NCBI GenBank assembly: GCA_934748015.1
Contig: CAKVHF010000003.1
Span: 77,743 to 141,742, forward strand
From: an uncultured Clostridia bacterium
GTDB lineage: Bacteria > Bacillota > Clostridia > Christensenellales > UBA1242
Direction: 5' to 3'
Length of the DNA: 64,000 nt
The notes under the pieces: generated by a model
Told to the model about the DNA's origin: nothing
Database searches by the model: none
What the model saw: only the letters and a program-made list of their open reading frames with translations
Shown here: positions 56,122 to 64,000 of the stretch, one piece after another
How positions within the stretch are numbered: position 1 is the stretch's first letter
Layout: each line of letters starts with the position of its first letter
Translations under genes and position numbers: made by a program

Positions 56122-57226
56122 CTAGTTTTTGCAATATACTAGATATGACTCAATAAAGCCATCAATCTCGCCATTCATAACACTATCTACATCGCTTGTT
56201 TCATATCCTGTTCTTAAGTCTTTGACCAAAGTATACGGGCAGAACACATAACTACGGATTTGACTTCCCCACTCTATTTTTTTTGCATTGCCTTTTAGTT
56301 GATTTGCTTTCTCTAGATTCTTCTGGATCTCCAACTGGGTTAACTTGCTTATAAGCATCTTCATGGCGACTTCCTTGTTCTGCGTCTGGGATCGCTCGTT
56401 CTGACAAGTAACCACTATGCCTGTTGGAAAGTGGGTTATACGGATAGCACTATCGGTTGTATTGACATGCTGTCCACCCGCTCCAGAAGATCTATATGTA
56501 TCTATCCTAATATCCTCTGGATTGATGACCACATTGACATTGTTGTCTATCTCAGGCATAACCTCGACACTTGCAAAGCTAGTGTGTCTACGCTTATTGG
56601 CATCAAATGGTGAAATTCTAACTAGTCTATGTACACCCATTTCGCCCTTAAGATAGCCATAAGCATTAGCACCGTCAACCAAGAATGTTACACTCTTGTA
56701 TCCAGCACCATCTCCGTCTACACTATCATACAATTTGATCTTGTATCCATGTTTGCTTGCAAAACTGCAGTACATCCTATATAGCATCTCCACCCAATCA
56801 CAAGCCTCTGTGCCACCTGCACCACTATGGATCTTAATTATTACATTGTTGCTATCATACTCGCCTTCTAACAAAGTCTTAAGATACACAGTCTTAACCA
56901 AAGCCTCTGTATCATCCAGTTCCTTATCAACCATAGCAATAACACTAGCATCATCTTCCATCTCGGCTATATCAATATAATCTCTACAAGCATCTATCTT
57001 GGATTGCAAATTATTATATTCATCCAACATATCTGTTAGCATTTTCTGCTCTTTGGACAACTTCTGCATCAAAGATATATCTTGATACGCTTCAGGATTA
57101 GCTAACTTATCCGCAACATCGGCAATCTGCTTTCGTAATTTATCTACATCAAAGACAGTCGGTAATTAATTTAAAACTACCGACTATTTCTTTCAATCTA
57201 TCTTTCTGGTTATTAAGTATTAACAT
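56122..57226 (-). CDS. prfB: Peptide chain release factor 2, requires programmed +1 frameshift
   Basis: Frame 0 reads MLILNNQKDRLKEIVGSFKLITDCL, then TGA (57151-57149). The +1 frame continues DVDKLRKQIADVADKLANPEAYQDISLMQKLSKEQ... into the 316-aa ORF, which carries SPF (VRISPFDA) and GGQ (SGAGGQHVNTTDSA). Confidence 0.9.
57149..57154 (-). other. prfB +1 recoding site CTT TGA
   Basis: On the minus strand the sequence is GAC TGT CTT TGA TGT. CTT is codon 25 counted from ATG 57226. The downstream frame is exactly +1. Confidence 0.85.
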
Positions 57227-57310
57227 ATTACTTTTTCCCTTAAATATTACTTATATCTTGATACTAGCACAATGACACAAAAATAGCAAGTGTCATGCAT
57301 TGTGTTTTGC

Positions 57311-57365
57311 AAAAAAACGACAAAAAAGCCAAACGAATATGAGAAATATATTCTTCGTTTGGCTT
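57311..57365 (-). terminator. Terminator of secA
   Basis: A 12-bp stem AAGCCAAACGAA/TTCGTTTGGCTT is followed on the minus strand by TTTTGTCGTTTTTTT. Confidence 0.8.
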
Positions 57366-57408
57366 AACTTATATACTATTCAAATATTACGAAAACGGCT
57401 AAAATAAA

Positions 57409-60108
57409 CTATTTTTCTTCTTTTCTTCCACAGCAGTTCTTGTACTTCTTGCCTGATCCACATGGACACATTTCGTTACGACCTACCGCTCTAGACTTGT
57501 TCTTAGTTGGGGCTTCGCCGTCTGGTGAATTGGTTATCAAATCTGGTTGCTTAGGAGCAGGATTGTTAACCTTAGTCTTAACATTGATCTGATAGTTAAG
57601 TAGGAATGTTGCAGTCTCCTTACGGATACGTTGAATCATGTTCTCAAACATTGCAGAACTCTCTCTCTTATACGCAATGATTGGGTCTTGGTTGCCGTAC
57701 GCTCTAAGTCCTATCTCGCTACGCAACATCTCCATGTAGTCAATGTGATCCATCCACAAAGAGTCTACTACTCTTAGTAGTATATCACCCTCAATCTTAG
57801 ATGTCTGTATGCCTAGGGCTTCAACCGCCTTACACTTCATCTCATAGAATCTTACTGCCTCTTGAGCAACCTTGTCAGCCAACTCATCGACATCACATTC
57901 TTCAACCAACTTCTCAGTTACAAAGTCATAATCCGCTGGCAGTACATGTCCCTTAAGAGCCTCATTAATCTTATCTAGATCCCACTCGTCATAAGTCTTA
58001 GTCTCGTCAACTACGCTATAGATTGTTTCTTTAGCAAGTTGATTGATCATATCTAGGGCTTCGTTGTGAACATCTGCACCATCTAGCACCTTATTACGCT
58101 CTTTGTAAATAATAAGTCTCTGAGTATTGTTAACATCGTCAAACTTCAACACATTGTGTCTTGCGCCAAAGTTAAAACCTTCTATAGTCTTCTGTGCTTT
58201 CTCAATACGGCGAGATAAGAATTTAACTTGGAACGATACGCTTTCATCTATCTTGAAGAAACTCAAAACTCCCTTAACGGCATCACCTCCGCATCTCTTC
58301 ATTAGTTCGTCTTCCATACTAACAAAGAATACAGAACTACCTGGGTCACCTTGTCTTCCTGCACGACCACGAAGCTGATTATCTATACGTCTACTCTCGT
58401 GTCTCTCAGTGCCTATGATATGAAGTCCACCAAGGGTTATCACTTCCTTCTTCTCTTTCTCAGTCTCTTCCTTGTACTTAGCATACAACTCTCTATATTT
58501 AGTACGCCATTCTTCCAATTTCTCATCATCGGTAGGCAAGAAAGATGTACTGAACTCGATCTCATCATCGGTTGCACCCATTTGTCTAAGTTCGGCTTTT
58601 GCCATAAATTCTGCATTACCGCCAAGCATAATATCTGTACCACGACCAGCCATGTTGGTTGCGATAGTTACAGCATTAAGTCTACCTGCTTGTGCAACGA
58701 TCTCACTTTCCCTTTGGTGATTCTTAGCATTCAATACATTGTGTGGGATACCCTCTATCTTAAGCATCTTGGATATCTCTTCACTACGTTCAATTGTGAT
58801 TGTACCAACTAGGATTGGCCTTCCTAGTGCATGGACTTTCTTGATTTCCTCAATAATAGCCTCATATTTCAACTTCTCAGTCTGGAATATAATATCTGGG
58901 AAGTCCTTACGCCTAATAGGTAGATTGGTTGGAATAGTTACAACATCTAGGCTATAGATCTTGTTGAACTCTATCTCTTCGGTCTTAGCGGTACCAGTCA
59001 TACCACTCAATTTCTCATATAATCTGAAGAAGTTCTGGAATGTAATGGTTGCTAGAGTTTTATTCTCATCTCTTATCTCCACACCCTCTTTTGCCTCAAT
59101 TGCTTGGTGCAATCCGTTGGAGTATTTTCTGCCTTCCATTAGACGACCAGTGAACTCATCTACAATCAAGATTTCGCCATCTCTTACGATGTAGTTAGCG
59201 TCTTTCTTCATTATAAATTGTGCTCTGATTGCATTGTTGATATGATGATTAAGCTCGATATTGTTAATATCACTCAAGTTCTCAACACCAAAGAATTTCT
59301 CAGCCTTCTCAACACCTGTATCAGTTAGTCTAATTGCCTTCTCTTTCTCATCAATCTCGTAATCATCACTTTTCAAGGTTTTAGCAAATCTAGCGGCGGA
59401 CTTATACATATCGTTACTCTTCATTCCTCTACCAGAGATGATAAGTGGAGTACGTGCCTCATCAATAAGAATACTATCTACCTCATCCACGATAGCAAAA
59501 TGATAACCCCTTGTACATACACGATCTTGGGCTCTAGTAACCATGTTATCTCTTAGATAATCAAAGCCTAGTTCGTTATTGGTGGAATATGTTATATCGC
59601 AGTCGTAAGCTTCCTTCTTCTCTTGAGGTGACATATTGTGTAGAGATAATCCAACTGTTAGTCCCAAGAACTTAAAGATCTTACCCATCCATTCTGAGTC
59701 ACGAGTGGTCAAGTATTCGTTAACAGTAACGATATGAACACCCTTGCCCTCCAAGGCAACAAGGTATGCTGGCAATGTCTCAACTAGTGTCTTACCTTCA
59801 CCAGTACGCATCTCTGCAATACGTCCCTGATACAATGCAATACCGCCTAGGATCTGAACATGGAAGTGTCTTAATCCCATTACTCTGGTACTAGCCTCCC
59901 TAACACATGCATACGCATCTGGCAATATATCGTCTAGAGTCTCGCCCTTAGCAAGTCTGTCTCTAAATATAGCAGTACAACCCTTCAATTCGTCATCAGT
60001 CATTTTCTGATATTTGTCCGACAAAGCTTCTACCTTTGCCGCAATCTTTTCCAATTTCGCTATGCTTCTTGTATTATCCGAAGCAAATAGTGCTTTAAAA
60101 ATATTCAT
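57409..60108 (-). CDS. secA: Preprotein translocase ATPase SecA
   Basis: MNIFKALFASDNTRSIAKL, MRTGEGKT and DEVDSILIDEARTPLIISG are present. The C-terminal zinc finger is CPCGSGKKYKNCCG. ATG 60108 is preferred over the ORF-track start. Confidence 0.95.
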   Translation of the reverse strand: MNIFKALFASDNTRSIAKLEKIAAKVEALSDKYQKMTDDELKGCTAIFRDRLAKGETLDDILPDAYACVREASTRVMGLRHFHVQILGGIALYQGRIAEMRTGEGKTLVETLPAYLVALEGKGVHIVTVNEYLTTRDSEWMGKIFKFLGLTVGLSLHNMSPQEKKEAYDCDITYSTNNELGFDYLRDNMVTRAQDRVCTRGYHFAIVDEVDSILIDEARTPLIISGRGMKSNDMYKSAARFAKTLKSDDYEIDEKEKAIRLTDTGVEKAEKFFGVENLSDINNIELNHHINNAIRAQFIMKKDANYIVRDGEILIVDEFTGRLMEGRKYSNGLHQAIEAKEGVEIRDENKTLATITFQNFFRLYEKLSGMTGTAKTEEIEFNKIYSLDVVTIPTNLPIRRKDFPDIIFQTEKLKYEAIIEEIKKVHALGRPILVGTITIERSEEISKMLKIEGIPHNVLNAKNHQRESEIVAQAGRLNAVTIATNMAGRGTDIMLGGNAEFMAKAELRQMGATDDEIEFSTSFLPTDDEKLEEWRTKYRELYAKYKEETEKEKKEVITLGGLHIIGTERHESRRIDNQLRGRAGRQGDPGSSVFFVSMEDELMKRCGGDAVKGVLSFFKIDESVSFQVKFLSRRIEKAQKTIEGFNFGARHNVLKFDDVNNTQRLIIYKERNKVLDGADVHNEALDMINQLAKETIYSVVDETKTYDEWDLDKINEALKGHVLPADYDFVTEKLVEECDVDELADKVAQEAVRFYEMKCKAVEALGIQTSKIEGDILLRVVDSLWMDHIDYMEMLRSEIGLRAYGNQDPIIAYKRESSAMFENMIQRIRKETATFLLNYQINVKTKVNNPAPKQPDLITNSPDGEAPTKNKSRAVGRNEMCPCGSGKKYKNCCGRKEEK

Positions 60109-60283
60109 AATATCTTTCCCTTTACAAAAAAAATAGAAAATAGACACCTTATTATTTGTCTATTTCCTATTTTATACTATTTTTGCAAATATTCCAATTG
60201 ATTTTGTGTATTTTAGGTCAAGAACTACAAAATACCAATTGATTATTATCTAAATAGCAATTTTATTGCATTTTTTTGCAAGT

Positions 60284-63200
60284 CTATGCATTGCGCTCAA
60301 CAATATGTAGATCACTATTGTATCTATAACCTTCAAGAAGAACAGTTATTTCTTCTGTCAGATCCCACTTATTATCACGCATGTATCTTACATTATTCTG
60401 GCCCTGTGGTGCATTATTTGCGTCTATGTTCGAATCGTTGTAACTATCGCAACCAGTAACATCTGTTGTATTCTCCAACGCATATCCACTAACATTTGCA
60501 TGATAATAGATATTACTGTAATTATAACATTCTAACAATGCACTGATATTGCTAGATGGGCATGCTGTAACACCGACAATTACTGTATTATTACTCTCAA
60601 CTTCTAATTTAGTAGAAGAATATACATAAGAATTTTTAATTTCAATAACTTTCGAGCCTAAATTTGCCGAACCACCAGAACCGTTGATTCCGCCATATCT
60701 TATGTGGCCCAAAGTCCAATTGCCACCAACATATCCATATGCAGAGATTGCAATACTGGTTGTTGTCCCGCCAAACGCATCATCGACAAGCAATGTTTTG
60801 GTACCCGACTTAATACCAATTATTAAGCCCTTAATATCAACATAAGAATTGGTTACAAGCACTGAGTTAGCATTGTTGGTACCACTAACAAGGTTGGTTA
60901 TCTGACCTATCATACCACCCATATAAGCACCACCAGTTGAAGAAGTAAATCCAGCTGCAAATACCATGTAACCAATGTTACGGCTATACACAATCTTACC
61001 CGATCGCATATCACCTACCAATCCTCCCATGTTGTGAGCATATATAACACCTGAGTATGAACATCCAGCAATTATACCACAATCTTTAGTGATATATTCT
61101 GCATTAGTTCCGTTGATGGCGGTAATGCCACCTACACAACCAAGCAATTTTACTTGTCTAAAGATAATGCTTAGTGAAGAATCACAATAAGAAATTGTAC
61201 CTAAGTTGTATGCTGTGATACCACCTACATATACTCTACCTACTTGTGGAGAACTTGTATTTGCATTGACATATACAATACCTGCTACTTTGACATTAGC
61301 AATATATCCATGGTTGTATACTGATACGATACCTGCACTATGCTCCACATCGCTAGAGTCATCAAACATAGGTCTATCATTGCTAGATGTCTGAGTGATA
61401 TTCAAGTTCATAAACATTGCAGACTCGCCAATATCATATAGCAATCCAGCATAATAGTTGTTATTATAGATATAATTGTATGCTTTAGAACTGCCAGATG
61501 TATTAACACTGATTGTATTGTTGTTACCATCGAATACACCATTGAAGGTCTTACCAGCAATCATTTCTTTCCATGTATCATAATTAACATAATCAATAGC
61601 ATTGTCGCCATTGACTTCGCTATATACATAGTCGTAATAGCATGCTTCTTCTATATAATAACCTATAGTAGCAAAACTTTTTACCTTAAATGGTTCGCCA
61701 ATAGTTCCATCGCCTGCACTAAATAATGTAAATCCTATGCCCAGATATATACTAGCTGGGTTGGAGATAAATGTATCAAGAACCTCAGTCGAATCCCCGG
61801 TATCAATACTCATTGTACCAATTGCTCTAATTGTTATCGCTTGGATACTTCTGGTCAAGTACTTAAGCATATAATATACTTTGTCGTCATCAACCTTAAT
61901 ATCGTTATTACTTATCGCTATCTTATCAAAGAAATACACATTTTCGCTAGATGTAGTAGGGAACATATTATCAAACCTAGTGTCATCTGTTACATCTATC
62001 AATTTCATTAATGTCTGTCTATATTCTGCATTACTTACATTAGTGCTAGAATATGTGCTTCGTTTAATATTTTGATAATGTGAGTCTTGTACTGTTATAT
62101 CCGACTTCTTATAAGCAACTATTAACTCATAGTTAACTGTCTTATTAGCAACATTATCCCAAGATACCTTACCGTTGCCGTCATAAGCCAAGTTAGTAGG
62201 AGTATCTGGTAAGTCAATTATCATAACATAATCTTCGCTATTAAGATCCAACTTAGTTGCTAAGTTATAATGATGAGTTAGATAGTATATTTCGCCATTA
62301 CCATCATGGATAGGTGTGGTTACGGTTGAACCTACTGCCTCAGCGTATACACATATATCCCTTGTGCTGAAATCAAATTCGCCTGATGCAATAATATCGT
62401 TAAGAACCTTATCTAGTGCTAAGTATGTACCTTCTAATTGGGTTACCTTAGTTATCCCACTCTCCACATAAGTAACTCTAGTGGATACATAAGATACATA
62501 TTTGCTATCGGTTACATCGATCTCTTGACCAGTTATTTGGTTAATCAGTATAACATTAGCATTATTGCCTGATGTGTACCTTACCTTATATGTATATAGC
62601 AATTCGCTATTAGCGATGTTTTGCTTATCTCTGATATATATCTCAACATTGTAATCTTTGATAATATCCGACACCGTTCTGCCATAAGAATTATTGAAGT
62701 ATACATAGTTGTTATGGCCATTTCCGGATGGAATATTGCTATAAATTGCCTGTTTAACTCCTGTCTCAAATTGATAAGTCTTAGGGTTGACTGGAGCTTT
62801 AGGGTTAAGCAATAACTTGAAGTCAGTTACAGATTCCTTGGATGTAATCAAGTATGCATCACTGCCAACCGTGACCTCTGTATACTCTACACCAATGAAC
62901 CTTATTGAAACGTTGTATGTAGCATCTTCCACAAATTGTAGAATTGATGTTGTTAGAGTCTCGCTACCTTCTGGAAGCAAATCCTTGTTGTTAACATATA
63001 GATAATGTATCAATGTTTTGCCCGAATATATTGCATAAACATCTATTGTCTGCATTGTAAATTCTGTGCAATATTGATCAAATTCTAGCCATAGTGGGAT
63101 ATTCTCCTTTCTATCACCATCAACCATAAATGCACCCTTTGTCATTACGATACGGCTCTTAGTCAATTCTTTGCCAAAATCGTTTGTGACTGTACTCCAA

Positions 63201-64000
63201 CTCATTTCGCCATCGTTGACAACCAAGTTAGGTTGAACCATCATAGATATTGCAAATTCGTCAGTATATACACTGCGTAGCAATGCTTTCTCATCACTAT
63301 CTGTCAATTTAGAATCACTGTTATAATTCTTGTCTATAGATTTTACCTTAATTCTGTATCCTTCACGCTTGTTTCCACCCGTAAATTTACCATTCTTGCT
63401 AGGCAAATCATATAGATTGATACTAGTTGTTGTAATCTGATCGGATACAAATAGTAACTGATCGCTATCTTGCTTGTAAATAAAGATAATGTAATTGTTA
63501 AGTGAAGAATTGACATCTTGCCATGCTATCTGACCATCTCTGGTAATCTTGAATGTACTGCTTATACGGTCACTTCTTACCCTCTCACCGTCACCAGTAT
63601 TGTCATCGCTAGTAAGCAAATAGTCACTACCTGTTGTATCTGTACACACAACTATCTTGTAAGTATATGTAACTCCGTCTTTCTTGCCAACACAAGTTTC
63701 TGGCAATTCATAGGTTGTGCTATCTGCACCCACCATGCTTGATATATTCTCAGTCTTAATTAGTCGATTGTTCTGATATATATCTACGCTATAATATTGA
63801 TAGTAGGTTGTATTAGTTAGCACATTATTGCTACTGTGACCTTGCAGACTCACTGTTGTGTTGTCCCAAGTATATAAGCCATCTTCTACACTAACCTCGA
63901 TTGTTCCTAACTTCTCAGCATAATAATTATCGGCATCAGATATACGAGATGACATCTTATCTCTACAATTGCCTATTGCGACTACCTTGATATTATATAT
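60284..64000 (-). CDS. Giant surface-type protein with C-terminal GLUG-like Gly-rich repeats; probably 5'-truncated by the window edge
   Basis: The ORF has 1223 aa from ATG 63955. However, the same frame stays open upstream to position 64000 (…IYNIKVVAIGNCRDK-M…) and no good SD precedes 63955. The C-terminal third has repeats such as VGGITAYNLGTISYC, CVGGITAINGTN, HNMGGLVGDMRSGKIVYSRNIGYM and YMGGMIGQITN. Confidence 0.65.
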   Translation of the reverse strand: MYNIKVVAIGNCRDKMSSRISDADNYYAEKLGTIEVSVEDGLYTWDNTTVSLQGHSSNNVLTNTTYYQYYSVDIYQNNRLIKTENISSMVGADSTTYELPETCVGKKDGVTYTYKIVVCTDTTGSDYLLTSDDNTGDGERVRSDRISSTFKITRDGQIAWQDVNSSLNNYIIFIYKQDSDQLLFVSDQITTTSINLYDLPSKNGKFTGGNKREGYRIKVKSIDKNYNSDSKLTDSDEKALLRSVYTDEFAISMMVQPNLVVNDGEMSWSTVTNDFGKELTKSRIVMTKGAFMVDGDRKENIPLWLEFDQYCTEFTMQTIDVYAIYSGKTLIHYLYVNNKDLLPEGSETLTTSILQFVEDATYNVSIRFIGVEYTEVTVGSDAYLITSKESVTDFKLLLNPKAPVNPKTYQFETGVKQAIYSNIPSGNGHNNYVYFNNSYGRTVSDIIKDYNVEIYIRDKQNIANSELLYTYKVRYTSGNNANVILINQITGQEIDVTDSKYVSYVSTRVTYVESGITKVTQLEGTYLALDKVLNDIIASGEFDFSTRDICVYAEAVGSTVTTPIHDGNGEIYYLTHHYNLATKLDLNSEDYVMIIDLPDTPTNLAYDGNGKVSWDNVANKTVNYELIVAYKKSDITVQDSHYQNIKRSTYSSTNVSNAEYRQTLMKLIDVTDDTRFDNMFPTTSSENVYFFDKIAISNNDIKVDDDKVYYMLKYLTRSIQAITIRAIGTMSIDTGDSTEVLDTFISNPASIYLGIGFTLFSAGDGTIGEPFKVKSFATIGYYIEEACYYDYVYSEVNGDNAIDYVNYDTWKEMIAGKTFNGVFDGNNNTISVNTSGSSKAYNYIYNNNYYAGLLYDIGESAMFMNLNITQTSSNDRPMFDDSSDVEHSAGIVSVYNHGYIANVKVAGIVYVNANTSSPQVGRVYVGGITAYNLGTISYCDSSLSIIFRQVKLLGCVGGITAINGTNAEYITKDCGIIAGCSYSGVIYAHNMGGLVGDMRSGKIVYSRNIGYMVFAAGFTSSTGGAYMGGMIGQITNLVSGTNNANSVLVTNSYVDIKGLIIGIKSGTKTLLVDDAFGGTTTSIAISAYGYVGGNWTLGHIRYGGINGSGGSANLGSKVIEIKNSYVYSSTKLEVESNNTVIVGVTACPSSNISALLECYNYSNIYYHANVSGYALENTTDVTGCDSYNDSNIDANNAPQGQNNVRYMRDNKWDLTEEITVLLEGYRYNSDLHIVERNA

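Overview
This is a 64-kb AT-rich chromosomal segment that uses the standard genetic code. UGA is a stop, because prfB carries the classical in-frame UGA +1 frameshift site. The gene content points to an endospore-forming, low-GC Firmicute-type (Clostridia-like) bacterium with a streamlined core. Supporting genes are spoIVA, ylmC/ymxH, a LysM-GH18 YaaH/SleL-like cortex enzyme, rplU-prp-rpmA with an L27 propeptide, secA-prfB, lspA-rluD, groES-groEL, pflB-pflA, fhs, rnj, nrdR, dnaB, alaS, trpS, valS, tsf-rpsB, tsaD, rdgB, trmR-trhP and one stand-alone tRNA-Asn(GUU). I call about 50 protein genes, roughly three quarters on the minus strand. They are separated by many clean, often bidirectional, rho-independent terminators and several near-consensus sigma-A promoters. 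I saw no rRNA, CRISPR array, transposase, integrase or intact prophage. Eight non-core items stand out. (1) A very AT-rich three-gene islet at about 6.2-8.7 kb encodes a radical-SAM-like protein, a TauD/TfdA-like protein lacking its distal His, and an unknown protein, next to trpS. (2) An orphan phage-tail-fibre-like two-gene unit has its own promoter and terminator (19.8-21.9 kb) and is flanked by two zinc-ribbon proteins with hyperacidic regions. (3) A ~118-bp perfectly nested palindrome (23-bp arms enclosing three perfect hairpins) lies at 25285-25402. (4) Two giant Asn/Thr/Tyr-rich surface-type proteins are present: one of 2072-2085 aa with an N-terminal anchor, and one of more than 1223 aa with GLUG-type repeats that runs off the window. 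(5) DnaB carries an SSB-like acidic C-terminal tip. (6) AlaRS lacks the C-Ala domain. (7) Tandem perfect Spo0A boxes occur in an intergenic spacer. (8) Several core and accessory proteins carry charged low-complexity tails. All functional calls rest on motifs I could read in the translations and on synteny. No database search was run.
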